64,000 nucleotides of DNA from an uncultured Chlamydiae bacterium (GTDB lineage: Bacteria; Chlamydiota; Chlamydiia; Chlamydiales; JAJFMB01), in assembly GCA_963697995.1 (NCBI GenBank), contig OY969110.1, forward strand, positions 1,063,404 to 1,127,403. Reading direction: 5' to 3'. Shown here piece by piece: positions 1 through 9,457 of this stretch. The notes under the pieces are model-generated. The model worked only from the letters and a program-made list of their open reading frames with translations, searched no databases and had not been told where the DNA came from. Position numbers and translations under genes: made by a program. Numbering within the stretch: position 1 is the first letter of the stretch; each line of letters opens with the position of its first letter.

Positions 1-290
1 GGTCCATTATAATAACCATAGCCGGGATAACCGTAATAGCCATTATAGCCACCATACCTTACGTCTCTTCCGTACCAACCTACAGCGCCGTCGCGGTAAA
101 ACCGCCCTCTTGGATAACCGTAACTTGCTCGAACACGTACATGTTGTGCGACTTCCTTAGAGTCCTCTAATTGAGGCCTCTTAATGTGCCCCTCGAAAGG
201 GGCACTGGCAAAACCAAGTGGTAAGCTTAACATCAATGTTAAAGCGGACTTTGTTATGAAATTCATAAACAAAAGCTCCTTCTTTGCCAT
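1..290 (-). CDS. Secreted Gly/Tyr-rich protein, N-terminal part only (C-terminus runs off the window start)
   Basis: Not in the ORF track because it is open to the window edge. Minus-strand translation from ATG at 290 (alternative ATG at 266) gives MAKKELLFMNFITKSALTLMLSLPLGFASAPFEGH...SYGYPRGRFYRDGAVGWYGRDVRYGGYNGYYGYPGYGYYNG. It has a hydrophobic signal-like N-terminus followed by G/Y repeats. Confidence 0.4.
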   Translation of the reverse strand, partial: MAKKELLFMNFITKSALTLMLSLPLGFASAPFEGHIKRPQLEDSKEVAQHVRVRASYGYPRGRFYRDGAVGWYGRDVRYGGYNGYYGYPGYGYYNG

Positions 291-295
291 TTTAA

Positions 296-718
296 TTATT
301 TGCAGAGATCAGATGTGCAAGTTTTAGCCTCAGGTGCAGGTGTCAAAGCAGCTTTTCCCTCTGGAGAAGTTGTTTGATCTTGACCTTTCATCATGGCCTC
401 ATCGTCACCTTTTTTCATCATTGTTTCATCAGTAGCTTTTGTAGCTGCTGCTTTATCAGTTGTTGCAGGTGTCATTGCATTAGCATCAGCAGGAGCCGCT
501 ACATCAGTTGCAGCTCTTGTAGGATCTTGTGCCATCCCTGCATTCATGTTTTGTCCTGCGTTCATGTTTTGACCCGCATTCATATTTTGATCAGCAGTTT
601 TAAGAGCCTCAGTTTTAGGTCTGTCTGCTGTAGTTGTTCCCCAACCGAATTGAGCTGATACGTTACCAGCATAAAAAACACCTGCACATACTGTCATAAT
701 AGTTAAAAGTTTGTTCAT
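296..718 (-). CDS. Secreted low-complexity (A/T/K/D/M-rich) protein with a 3x NAGQNM repeat
   Basis: 140-aa ORF. The N-terminus MNKLLTIMTVCAGVFYAGNVSA looks like a signal peptide. It carries an in-frame 18-nt tandem repeat. No recognisable domain. Confidence 0.5.
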   Translation of the reverse strand: MNKLLTIMTVCAGVFYAGNVSAQFGWGTTTADRPKTEALKTADQNMNAGQNMNAGQNMNAGMAQDPTRAATDVAAPADANAMTPATTDKAAATKATDETMMKKGDDEAMMKGQDQTTSPEGKAALTPAPEAKTCTSDLCK

Positions 719-813
719 ATAATCCCCCTTATATTGTTTTTTGGGTTTATGGCTTAATTATATAAACGATATTTTAATTAAGTCAATTTAATTAATTCTA
801 ATAATTTAATTAA

Positions 814-1738
814 CTAATCAAAAAGTGCTGAAACAAATTGATTTACGTCAAAAGGTTCTAAATCTTCAATACCTTCACCGATACCGATAAATTTGACAGG
901 TGTGTGAAGTTGTTTTTGGATAGAGAAGACAATCCCTCCCTTAGCAGTCCCATCGAGCTTTGTTAAGACTAAGCCACTTAAGGGAACAAAGGAGTGGAAA
1001 ACATGGGCTTGGTCGATCCCATTTTGCCCGGCGGTGGCATCGAGCACGAGAAGAGTCTCGTGTGGCGCATCTGGAATCACTTTTTTGATCACTTTAGCCA
1101 CTTTTTTTAATTCCTCCATAAGAGGAGCTTTAGTGTGAAGCCTTCCTGCCGTATCTATAATGACAACATCGCAACCCCTTGATTTTCCGGCGCTTACAGC
1201 ATCAAAGGCCACAGAGGCCGGGTCGCTTCCGGCAACCCCCTTGACAAGATCGATCTTAAGTCTTTCAGACCAAATTTCAAGCTGTTCAGTAGCTGCTGCT
1301 CTAAAAGTATCGGCAGCTCCTATAAGAACTTTTTTCCCCTCAGTTTGAAATTTGTGAGCAAGTTTTGCAGTTGTGGTTGTTTTTCCATTCCCATTGACGC
1401 CGACGACGAGTATGACAAGAGGGGGTTTTTCAGGGGTATTAATCCCATTGGAGTTTTCTTTTAAACCCTCTTTTAAGTGTTTCTTTGACCTTTTCAATCA
1501 ACTCCTCTGTGGTGATATTGGGATTTTCGTTGTAGAGTGCTGTCGCTTTTTTTGAGAGAAGTGTTGCCGTATTGACTCCGAGGTCTGCTTCGTAAAAAAG
1601 GCGTTCAAGTTCATCTAACGTATTGGGATCTATACCTTTAGAAAAAAGGGAGCGCATTTTTTGCCCAAGAAGCGCTCCCGTTTGAGAAAGCATTCTCTTT
1701 ATTTTTTCAAAACGACTTTTTAAGAACTGAAAAACCAT
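814..1738 (-). pseudogene. ftsY: SRP receptor FtsY, with its reading frame interrupted by a frameshift or assembly indel around 1439-1497
   Basis: The NG GTPase domain lies in ORF 814..1497 (GVNGNGKTTTTAKLA, DTAGR, TKLDG). The N-domain helix bundle lies in the other frame (ORF 1439..1879, from internal Met at 1738: MVFQFLKSRFEKIKRMLSQTG...LDELERLFYEADLGVNTA). The two frames overlap for 59 nt in an A-rich stretch. A start at 1738 leaves a 59-bp divergent spacer to sucC. Confidence 0.85.
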
Positions 1739-1797
1739 CGATACACCTTGAAAGGAATAGTGATTATATCGGATAAATTGTTTTAAGGGAAGGTGGT

Positions 1798-2967
1798 ATG
1801 CATATACACGAATTTCAGACAAAAGAGATTTTATCAGACTTTGATATCCCTGTGCCTCCTTTTTTTGTCGCATCGACACTGGAAGAAGTAGAACAGATCA
1901 TTAAAGATAAGGGATTAAAGCAAGCTGTCGTAAAAGCTCAAGTGCACGCTGGTGGAAGAGGAAAGGCGGGGGGGGTAAAAATCGCTAAAAACCCGGAGGA
2001 GATTCTATTATTCTCTAAACAGCTTTTAAAGACCTATCTTGTGACAAAACAGACAGGAAAAGAGGGGCAGTTTATAGATAAAGTATTGATTACCCCTCTT
2101 GTTAAAATTAAAAAAGAATATTACGTGGCAGCTCTTATCGACAGAAAACTTAAGATGCCGCTTTTGATGGTATCTTCTCATGGGGGAGTTGACATTGAAG
2201 AGGTGGCTGCAAGTTCAAAAGAGGCGATAAAAAAAGTACCAATCTTGTTGAATGGGTCGATTAGGGGTTACAACATTGAAGCGGTGTTAAAATTTTTGGA
2301 TTGGAAAGAGGATTTAAAAGAGGTTGGAAAAAAGTTTCTTCTTTCTTTGGCAAAAGCCTTTATCACATTAGATGCTTCATTAATAGAGATCAATCCTTTG
2401 GTGTTGACTGAGGAGGGAGAGCTTTTGGTGTTGGATGCCAAAATGACAATTGATGATAATGCCTCCTTTAGGCAAAAAAAAATCTTCGAGTATTACGATG
2501 AATCGCAATTGTCCCCCCTTGAAGCTGATGCTAAAAGACATCATCTAGAGTATGTCGCTTTAGAGGGCACTATTGGGTGTATGGTCAATGGGGCAGGTCT
2601 TGCGATGGCCACGATGGACCTGATTAAATATTTTGGGGGCTCTCCTGCAAACTTTTTAGATGTCGGGGGATCAGCCCCAAAAGAGAGGGTTGCTGAAGCG
2701 TTTAAAATTTTGCTTTCAGACAAAAAAGTGAAAGTGATCTTTGTCAATATTTTTGGGGGAATCATGAACTGCAAAACGTTAGCAGAAGGGATTGTTGAGG
2801 CGGCAGATGAAGTTGGTTTAAAGATTCCTCTTGTCGTGAGAATGGAAGGGACAGATGTGGAGGGGGGAAGAGCTATTTTTGCAAAATCTAATCTTGAGAT
2901 AAAGAGTTTTTTGTCTTTAAGGGAAGCAGCCAAAGCATCTGTAATGCTCTCAGGAGTTAAGGCATGA
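1798..2967 (+). CDS. sucC: Succinyl-CoA synthetase beta subunit
   Basis: 389 aa. [12 protein letters not shown]..., an ATP-grasp region ([18 protein letters not shown]) and a C-terminal ligase-CoA region ([15 protein letters not shown]). Overlaps the sucD start by 4 nt. Confidence 0.95.
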   Translation: MHIHEFQTKEILSDFDIPVPPFFVASTLEEVEQIIKDKGLKQAVVKAQVHAGGRGKAGGVKIAKNPEEILLFSKQLLKTYLVTKQTGKEGQFIDKVLITPLVKIKKEYYVAALIDRKLKMPLLMVSSHGGVDIEEVAASSKEAIKKVPILLNGSIRGYNIEAVLKFLDWKEDLKEVGKKFLLSLAKAFITLDASLIEINPLVLTEEGELLVLDAKMTIDDNASFRQKKIFEYYDESQLSPLEADAKRHHLEYVALEGTIGCMVNGAGLAMATMDLIKYFGGSPANFLDVGGSAPKERVAEAFKILLSDKKVKVIFVNIFGGIMNCKTLAEGIVEAADEVGLKIPLVVRMEGTDVEGGRAIFAKSNLEIKSFLSLREAAKASVMLSGVKA

Positions 2968-3855
2968 GTATTTTAATTAATAAAAAGACGAAAGTGATCA
3001 CTCAAGGGATTACCGGAAAAGCGGGGCGGTTTCACACAGAGGAGTGTCTTAAGTATGGCTCTCGATTTGTTGGAGGGGTGACTCCTGGTAAGGGGGGAGA
3101 GACGATTTTTGGTCTCCCGATTTTTGATAGTGTCCTAGAGGCAAAAAAATACACCTCTTGTGATGCAACGATGATTTTTGTTCCGGCCCCATTTGCTATG
3201 GAGGCTATTTTGGAGGCAGAGGAGGCTAAAATTCCTCTTATCGTGTGTATTACCGAGGGAATTGCTGTTCGCGATATGTTAGAAGTCTCCTTTATCATGA
3301 GTAAAAGCGAGAGCCGCTTAATTGGCCCAAACTGTCCTGGAATTATTACGCCGGGAGAGTGTAAAATTGGGATTATGCCAGGGTATATTCACCAAAAGGG
3401 GAAAGTGGGGATTGTATCGCGCTCTGGAACACTGACGTATGAGGCTGTTTTTCAGACGACAGAGGCAAAACTTGGGCAATCGACTTGTGTGGGGATTGGA
3501 GGAGATCCGTTAAATGGGACGAGTTTTATCGATTGTCTAAAGCTTTTTGAAAATGACCCTCAAACTGAGGTGATTTTGATGATTGGGGAGATTGGGGGAG
3601 AGGCAGAAGAGGAGGCCGCTGAATACATTAAGCGACACATGAACAAAGCCTGTTGCCGCATTTATCGCAGGGGTAACAGCTCCTCCAAATAAGAGAATGG
3701 GTCATGCCGGAGCGATCATTTCAGATCGAGTGGGAGGAGCTCTTGAGAAGATTGAGGCTCTTGAAAAAGCGGGGGTTGTTGTAGCCAAAACTTCTGCCGA
3801 TATGGCAGAGGCTGTTTTAGAAGCATTAAAGAGAAGAGAGGGAAAGGATGATTGA
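2964..3855 (+). pseudogene. sucD: Succinyl-CoA synthetase alpha subunit, frameshifted near 3645-3655
   Basis: ORF 2964..3692 encodes [21 protein letters not shown]...[11 protein letters not shown]...GIGGDP and then degenerates ([16 protein letters not shown]). The +1 frame continues with the expected conserved C-terminus [50 protein letters not shown]..., ending at TGA 3853-3855. Confidence 0.85.
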
Positions 3856-4477
3856 ATTTTATTTAGGGAACATTCCGGTGAGAATCCAACCCCATTTTTG
3901 GATTTTGGCCCTATTGATTGGGTATTTAAGCTCTTACTCTATTGTAGGGACTCTTCTTTGGGTGATTGTGATTTTTTACTCCGTTCTTTTTCACGAGCTT
4001 GGACATGCCCTAACAGCTCTTTATTTTGGCCAAGATGCTGAAATTACCCTTCAAATGTCTGGAGGGGTGACTGAGAGAAGGGGCAACTCTCTACCCCTTT
4101 GGAAAGAGTTTTTCATAGTATTTAACGGCCCTCTTTTTGGTTTTTTGTTGTTTATTTTAGCTTTTCAGCTCTATCAAAGATTTCCCCTAATTCCTGATCC
4201 TTTAGTCTATATTTTGGGGGCCACGATTTTCGTCAATTTGTACTGGACTTTGCTCAATTTGCTTCCAATTCAACCGCTTGATGGGGGAAAACTTGCGATG
4301 ATCGTGCTTTGCTCTTTATTTGGATCGGCCGGAGTGACTCTCTCGTGGATCATAGGGGTTTTGGTAGCTGCCTTTGTGAGTCTTTATTTTTTCATGAAGG
4401 GGCTTTTATTTGCGGGGGCGATTTTTCTTTTTTTCGCTTTTGAAGGGGCGCAAAAGGTTTTTAATAGCCGCCGTTAA
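3848..4477 (+). CDS. Peptidase M50 family (site-2 protease-like) membrane metalloprotease
   Basis: 209 aa and polytopic. It has an HExxH motif ([10 protein letters not shown]) and [11 protein letters not shown], the M50 LDG motif. Confidence 0.7.
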   Translation: MIEFYLGNIPVRIQPHFWILALLIGYLSSYSIVGTLLWVIVIFYSVLFHELGHALTALYFGQDAEITLQMSGGVTERRGNSLPLWKEFFIVFNGPLFGFLLFILAFQLYQRFPLIPDPLVYILGATIFVNLYWTLLNLLPIQPLDGGKLAMIVLCSLFGSAGVTLSWIIGVLVAAFVSLYFFMKGLLFAGAIFLFFAFEGAQKVFNSRR

Positions 4478-4583
4478 AAAAAGTGACGGAGGTTTGATCT
4501 TTTGATTGATAAAAAGAGTTTTTTCTTCGTTAAAATCTCATTTTTAAGTTAAAATTTCCTCTTTCACAAAAGGGGTTCAGCTT

Positions 4584-5747
4584 ATGCGAAACGTGTTTTT
4601 ATGTCTTATTTTGTTATTTTCTTTTTTACAAGGTAAAGAGAAAACGATTTGCCTTAATATGATTGTTAAAAATGAAGCGCATGTGATTAAGAGATGTTTA
4701 GCTTCAGCTAAACCTTTAATCGATCACTGGGTCATTGTGGATACAGGGTCTACTGATGGCACTCAAGCCATTATTAAGGAGTTTATGAAAGGCATTCCTG
4801 GGGAGCTTTACGAGCGTCCTTGGGTAAATTTTGGGCACAACCGGAGTGAGGCTTTAGATTTGGCAAAAGGAAAGGGCGATTATGTTCTTTTTGTCGATGC
4901 CGATGAGGAGTTTGCCTTTGATCCTGGCTTTAAGTTTCGCAATTTATCGCAAGACAGCTACCTTATGGTGATCGATCATGGGGGAAGTCACTATTTTCGC
5001 AGGCAGTTGATCAACAACAAGTTAAATTGGTGCTGGAAGGGGGTTTTGCACGAGTATTTGGACTGTCCCTTAGCAAAAACGGAGGGTAAGATCGATGGGA
5101 TTTCGACGATTTACCGCTCAGAGGGAGCCAGGTCCTTAGATCCGAAAAAATATGAGAAGGATGCTGCTGTGCTTGAGAAAGCTCTTATAGATGAACCGGA
5201 CAATGTGAGGTATATGTTTTATTTAGCGCAAAGTTATAAAGATGCAGGAAATATGGAGAAGGGGATCGAATGGTACGAGAAGAGGGCAAAGATGGGGGGA
5301 TGGGACCAGGAGGTCTTTTGGTCGCTCTACCAAGTGGCGAGAATGAAAGACCGTCCTGGTGTACCTGATAACGAGATTATCGATGCTTATTTAAAGGCGT
5401 ACCATTACCGTCCAAGTCGAGTTGAGCCTTTGGCCCGTTTATCGAGCTTTTACCGCATTCGCAACCAGTACTTGTTAAGTTATTTGGTGGCAACCCATGC
5501 GATGCAAACGCCCCCATCGGATGATATTTTGTTTGTCGAGACTGATTTGTGTACTTATTGGCCTCCCTTTGAGGCTTCGATTTCAGCTTACTGGCTTGGC
5601 AAATACGACGAGTCGTTTAAGCTTTGCGAGAAGCTTGCAAACGATAAGGATCTTCCCGATTGTTTAAGAGGGTATGTTGAGGGAAACTTAAAATTTGCTA
5701 AGGAAAAGATGAATAGTGATCCTCTCTTTAAAGTGGCCATAAAATAG
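4584..5747 (+). CDS. GT2-family glycosyltransferase with a TPR-like C-terminal half and an N-terminal signal/anchor
   Basis: ICLNMIVKNEAHVIKRCLASA...VIVDTGSTDGT...VLFVDADEEF is a GT-A fold with a DxD-type motif. The C-terminus carries TPR-like helices (YMFYLAQSYKDAGNMEKGIEWYEKR). The N-terminus is MRNVFLCLILLFSFLQG. Confidence 0.7.
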   Translation: MRNVFLCLILLFSFLQGKEKTICLNMIVKNEAHVIKRCLASAKPLIDHWVIVDTGSTDGTQAIIKEFMKGIPGELYERPWVNFGHNRSEALDLAKGKGDYVLFVDADEEFAFDPGFKFRNLSQDSYLMVIDHGGSHYFRRQLINNKLNWCWKGVLHEYLDCPLAKTEGKIDGISTIYRSEGARSLDPKKYEKDAAVLEKALIDEPDNVRYMFYLAQSYKDAGNMEKGIEWYEKRAKMGGWDQEVFWSLYQVARMKDRPGVPDNEIIDAYLKAYHYRPSRVEPLARLSSFYRIRNQYLLSYLVATHAMQTPPSDDILFVETDLCTYWPPFEASISAYWLGKYDESFKLCEKLANDKDLPDCLRGYVEGNLKFAKEKMNSDPLFKVAIK

Positions 5748-6010
5748 ACATCTGTTTTGAGTTTTTTAACAAGAGATTGTGTTGAAGTGATGGAATCATT
5801 CTTTCAACTTGGCAAAGTTGCCAAGTAAATTGAAGGTTTTGCCGCAAAAAAAACATGATTGATAGGATAAACATGATATGAAGGATAACCTTTGTGTCGG
5901 GATGATGCTATTAATCCAACCTAAACGCTTCATGTACTTTAAGACTTGGGAGCTGTCGAACGAAAAGTGTATGTTTGCATGCCCCCCCTTTTTTGGGCAG
6001 AGCCCAAAAA

Positions 6011-6106
6011 CACTAAAGGAAAGGAAAAGTTTTTTAAAAAAGCAAAATCGAGAGGGGCTCAATAAAGCTTCGTTGCTTTTTTAAAAACTTTTCCTTTCCT
6101 TTAGTG
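6011..6106. repeat. Near-perfect 34/35-bp inverted repeat with a 27-nt loop, the core of a multi-hairpin intergenic element
   Basis: The left arm cactaaaggaaaggaaaagttttttaaaaaagcaa (6011-6045) is the reverse complement of 6073-6106 except for one extra T. It is flanked by hairpins at 5991-6009 and 6107-6123, and by a C7 run (5982-5988) and a G6 run (6124-6129). Confidence 0.8.
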
Positions 6107-6398
6107 TGGCGCGGTTTGCGCCAGGGGGGTAGTTCCTAAGCTTTAGGGACACCTTTGCTACTTCAATAGTGACAAGCACCCGAAAAGAGCTTGGGTAGAT
6201 GCGAAATAGGGTAAATTCTCTTTTCCTTTATCAAGCCTATCAAGTGTATCCGATTTATCATGTTTTTACTTCTTGAGGAGTAAAAAAACGTGCGCCCATT
6301 TGTGATATTTAGCAAAATTTTTGAAACTCAAATTGAAACCTTTGTAGATAGAGTACCCTTTCGAGAGAGGTCTATTTTATTCCTAATATGAGCTTAAG

Positions 6399-7940
6399 TT
6401 ATTGCGTTAAGGTGAGCGATTTTTTAACTTCGTCCACATCCACAAGGGCAATATACGCTTCTTTGTCTTCAACGCCGAGCGTTACAGCTATATGTTTTCC
6501 TTCGTGATCTAAACTCATCCCTGCGCAGTATTCGATGCCAATAGTTTTGATGTAAAATAAGGGGGAGGCTTTTGTGATTTCGAATTTTTTATTGAGGAAA
6601 ATAAAGCGATGAAGGTAGTAGCGTCTATCGGTGTAGGCCACTTCGTGTACAATAACTAGGTAGCCGTCATCGAAGGGAACAGGGCCGGCTGATCCTCTAA
6701 ATCGGGAAGTGTCTAAAAATGAGTTTGTTTCGATTACTTTTTTTGTGGTTCCCGTGATGGGATCCACTTTAAAGACAATTAAGGGATCGTATGAATAGAT
6801 CGCATGAATTTGTTGGTTTAGGACAAATGGAAGCCAGTTTTTTTCACACCGTTTTGGATCGGGTCCTTTAAGAGGAGTCATTTGCGTAATGCTTGCATCT
6901 TCTCCAATTTTACCAAGACCTATCTGAATCGTGTTGTTTGGATTGGCATCGACAAGCGAGCTTGTGAACCAATTCTCCCCATTGAACTTAAACAGGCGGC
7001 AATCCTCTTTCCCTTCGGCGTACCACCAGGGAAATTTGGGGTAGTTTGATTTATCGAGAATCTCTTCTTGCGAGAGGCGCTTAAATGATTTATCCATCGA
7101 AATAAGAAAATTGCGGGTGACGATTTTCTTGTTATTAGGATCGCGGGACCAGAAGTGTTTTGCATTTTTTTGCCCATAGTTGACGGTTCTACAAATCACA
7201 TCGTACCCATTCTCCGTCTTTTGGATCGAAGGGTTCATGGGATTGAAGTATTCAGTGTCAGTGATTTTAGGAAGCTGCACATCGACTGGGATAAGGGTTG
7301 CCTTAAGCTGCTTTGAATAGAAAATCGCGTTGTTGAGAGCCTGGTTTTTTGTGTACCAGGGAGCCTCCTTGTTGACAAGAAGGCGATTGAGCGCTTGATA
7401 CCCCTCCTCTTTGTAAGGAGTGTAAAAGCTTGCAATCGAGAGTTCCTCGTCGAGAAGGTAGCTGTAAACTTCTTTTGACATTAACGGGGTAAAAGTTTTA
7501 GGTTTTGGAAGAGCTTTTCCTTGTCTTGCATAAAAAGTGGCCATCTCATTTTGACCTTTATACCTAAAAAAACGTGCCAGCTCGTAGAGAGCTTCAGCTC
7601 TTTTGGGATTGAGTTGAAATGCTTTGGTAAACGCCTCTTCTGCGCGGTTAAGCTCCTTTTTCTCTTCATAACATTTTCCAAGGGTCAAATAGCTTCGCCA
7701 CACCTCTTCACTTAAATCTCCCCTTTCAACTCTCTTCTCAAGCCATTTCATCGAAGTATTGATGAGACCTAATTTTTTACTTGTTTCCCCCAAGTAAAAC
7801 ATCGTATGGGGATTGTTTGGATCCTTCTCAATCAGGTTTAAGAGTTTGACAAGATTTTTTTCCGTCTTGTCGGTATCTGCTAAGAGAAGTCCTGGTATTA
7901 CAAGTAAAAGAAGGATGCGGTACATGAAAAAAAGCCTCAT
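6399..7940 (-). CDS. Signal peptide plus TPR N-domain plus conserved ~300-aa C-domain (possibly a GH130/DUF377-like beta-propeller); paralog 1 of 3
   Basis: 513 aa with N-terminus MRLFFMYRILLLLVIPGLLLA. TPR-like helices are present (MFYLGETSKKLG...LGKCYEEKKELNRAEEAFTKAFQLNP). C-domain motifs are NPSI, RTVNY, EDCRLF, EKNWLPF, IYSYDP, GSAGPVPFDDGYLVIVHE, YLHRFIFL, SPLFY and GVEDK. Confidence 0.6.
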   Translation of the reverse strand: MRLFFMYRILLLLVIPGLLLADTDKTEKNLVKLLNLIEKDPNNPHTMFYLGETSKKLGLINTSMKWLEKRVERGDLSEEVWRSYLTLGKCYEEKKELNRAEEAFTKAFQLNPKRAEALYELARFFRYKGQNEMATFYARQGKALPKPKTFTPLMSKEVYSYLLDEELSIASFYTPYKEEGYQALNRLLVNKEAPWYTKNQALNNAIFYSKQLKATLIPVDVQLPKITDTEYFNPMNPSIQKTENGYDVICRTVNYGQKNAKHFWSRDPNNKKIVTRNFLISMDKSFKRLSQEEILDKSNYPKFPWWYAEGKEDCRLFKFNGENWFTSSLVDANPNNTIQIGLGKIGEDASITQMTPLKGPDPKRCEKNWLPFVLNQQIHAIYSYDPLIVFKVDPITGTTKKVIETNSFLDTSRFRGSAGPVPFDDGYLVIVHEVAYTDRRYYLHRFIFLNKKFEITKASPLFYIKTIGIEYCAGMSLDHEGKHIAVTLGVEDKEAYIALVDVDEVKKSLTLTQ

Positions 7941-9448
7941 TTGATTGAAAGATTATTTATTACAGACTCAACAGGAATAAGAGCTATAAAAGACGTTTTG
8001 TCTTCAACTCCTAAGGTGAGGACAACGTTTTTTTCCTCGTGGTCTAAAGTCATTCCTGAACAGTACTCAACCCCAATTGTTTTAAAGTAAAAGAGGGGAG
8101 AAGCTTTTGTGATGCGGAACTCTTGGTCTAAAAAGAGAAATCTGTGGTAGTAGAAAAATTTTCCTGCAAGAGCTCTTTCGTGCACGATGACAAGATAGCC
8201 CTCTTCAAAAGGGATGGGTCCAGAAGATCCTTGAAATCTGGTTCCATCAAAGGGACACTTGTGTTCTACCACTTTTTCACATTTTCCTGTGTCAAGATCG
8301 GGTTCTAAGATAATGGTTGGATCGTATGAGTAAATCATTTGGATCCGATCGTTGTGAACAAAGGGTAACCAGTTTTTTTCCGCTCTTTTGGGATTGGGGC
8401 TATTTAAAGGAATCACTTGTCCCGTCTTAAGTTTTCCTAAGGCTACTTGAGGCGTATGAGTGGGATTAGCTTCTGTAACAGCACAACTAAAAAAGTTCTC
8501 CCCATGATAAGAGAAAAGGCGGCAATCCTCATTGCCTTCCATTTCCCAAGGGAATTTGGTGTAGGTGGAGTGATCAAAGATCTCTTCTTCTGACGTGATG
8601 AGAAACTCTTTATCCGTTGTGACAAAAAGGTTGCGACTTATAAAGATGTATCGTTTGGGATCGCGGGTTAGTAAGCTTTGATTGTTCTCTTCATTGATTT
8701 TTTCATAATTGACTAAGCGGCAAATCAGTTCATACCCTGATTCTGTTCTCTGGATCGAAGGGTTAATAGGATAATACGATTCTTTTTCATCGATTTTTGG
8801 ACAGGTGACATTTAAGGGAATATAGGTGGCATCGATAGGTTTGATATAATAGCGAAGATTGCTAAAAGCTTGATTTTTGATGTGGAGGGGAGCCTCTTTG
8901 TTTAAAAGTAGTCTGTTGATCGCATGAAGCCCCTCCTCTTTTTGAGGGGAGTAGAAGGCGGCAATCGAGAGCTCCTCATCTAAGAGGTAGCTAGACACTT
9001 CCCTAGAAATGATCGATGACTCCTCCTCTGGTAGGGAGATTTTTTTTCCTTCAAGGGCATAATAAGTGCAAAGTTCATTTTGCTCTTTTTTCCTGGCAAG
9101 TTTTGCCAAATGATAGAATGGCTCAGCAAATTTGGGAGCGACTTCTCTTGCTTTAAGATAAAACCCATTGGCCTTATCGAAATCTTTTTTCTCCTCATAG
9201 GCTTTTCCAAGGGCAAGATAGGAGAGCAAAAGTTCCTTTGGAGTGCCTCCTAGGTCAATTTTTTTTTGGATCCACTTTAACGAAAGGTCTGTTAGACCCA
9301 AATTTTTGTACGTTTCAGCAATCTCTTCCATCAGATGAGCATTTTTGGGGTCGCAATCTTGCTTTTTTAGGAGCGCTAGAAGATCGTCCTCCGTTGTAGC
9401 TAGAAGAAGAGATGAGAAGGTTGAAAGGAGAAGAAAAGTTCGTAGCAT
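7937..9448 (-). CDS. Signal peptide plus TPR plus the same conserved C-domain; paralog 2 of 3
   Basis: 503 aa with the same architecture and motifs as 6399..7940 (EKNWLPF, GSSGPIPFEEGYLVIVHE, YYHRFLFL, SPLFYF, GVEDK). A 4-nt overlap with the downstream paralog suggests co-translation. Confidence 0.6.
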   Translation of the reverse strand: MLRTFLLLSTFSSLLLATTEDDLLALLKKQDCDPKNAHLMEEIAETYKNLGLTDLSLKWIQKKIDLGGTPKELLLSYLALGKAYEEKKDFDKANGFYLKAREVAPKFAEPFYHLAKLARKKEQNELCTYYALEGKKISLPEEESSIISREVSSYLLDEELSIAAFYSPQKEEGLHAINRLLLNKEAPLHIKNQAFSNLRYYIKPIDATYIPLNVTCPKIDEKESYYPINPSIQRTESGYELICRLVNYEKINEENNQSLLTRDPKRYIFISRNLFVTTDKEFLITSEEEIFDHSTYTKFPWEMEGNEDCRLFSYHGENFFSCAVTEANPTHTPQVALGKLKTGQVIPLNSPNPKRAEKNWLPFVHNDRIQMIYSYDPTIILEPDLDTGKCEKVVEHKCPFDGTRFQGSSGPIPFEEGYLVIVHERALAGKFFYYHRFLFLDQEFRITKASPLFYFKTIGVEYCSGMTLDHEEKNVVLTLGVEDKTSFIALIPVESVINNLSIK

Positions 9449-9457
9449 GTAGTGACC

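Noticed and set aside
5796-6084. ORFs 5796..6062 (minus) and 5878..6084 (plus) in the 5.75-6.4 kb gap
   Set aside because: They overlap each other on opposite strands across a long palindrome, so each is partly the mirror image of the other. No RBS or motifs were found. The region is treated as non-coding structured DNA or RNA.
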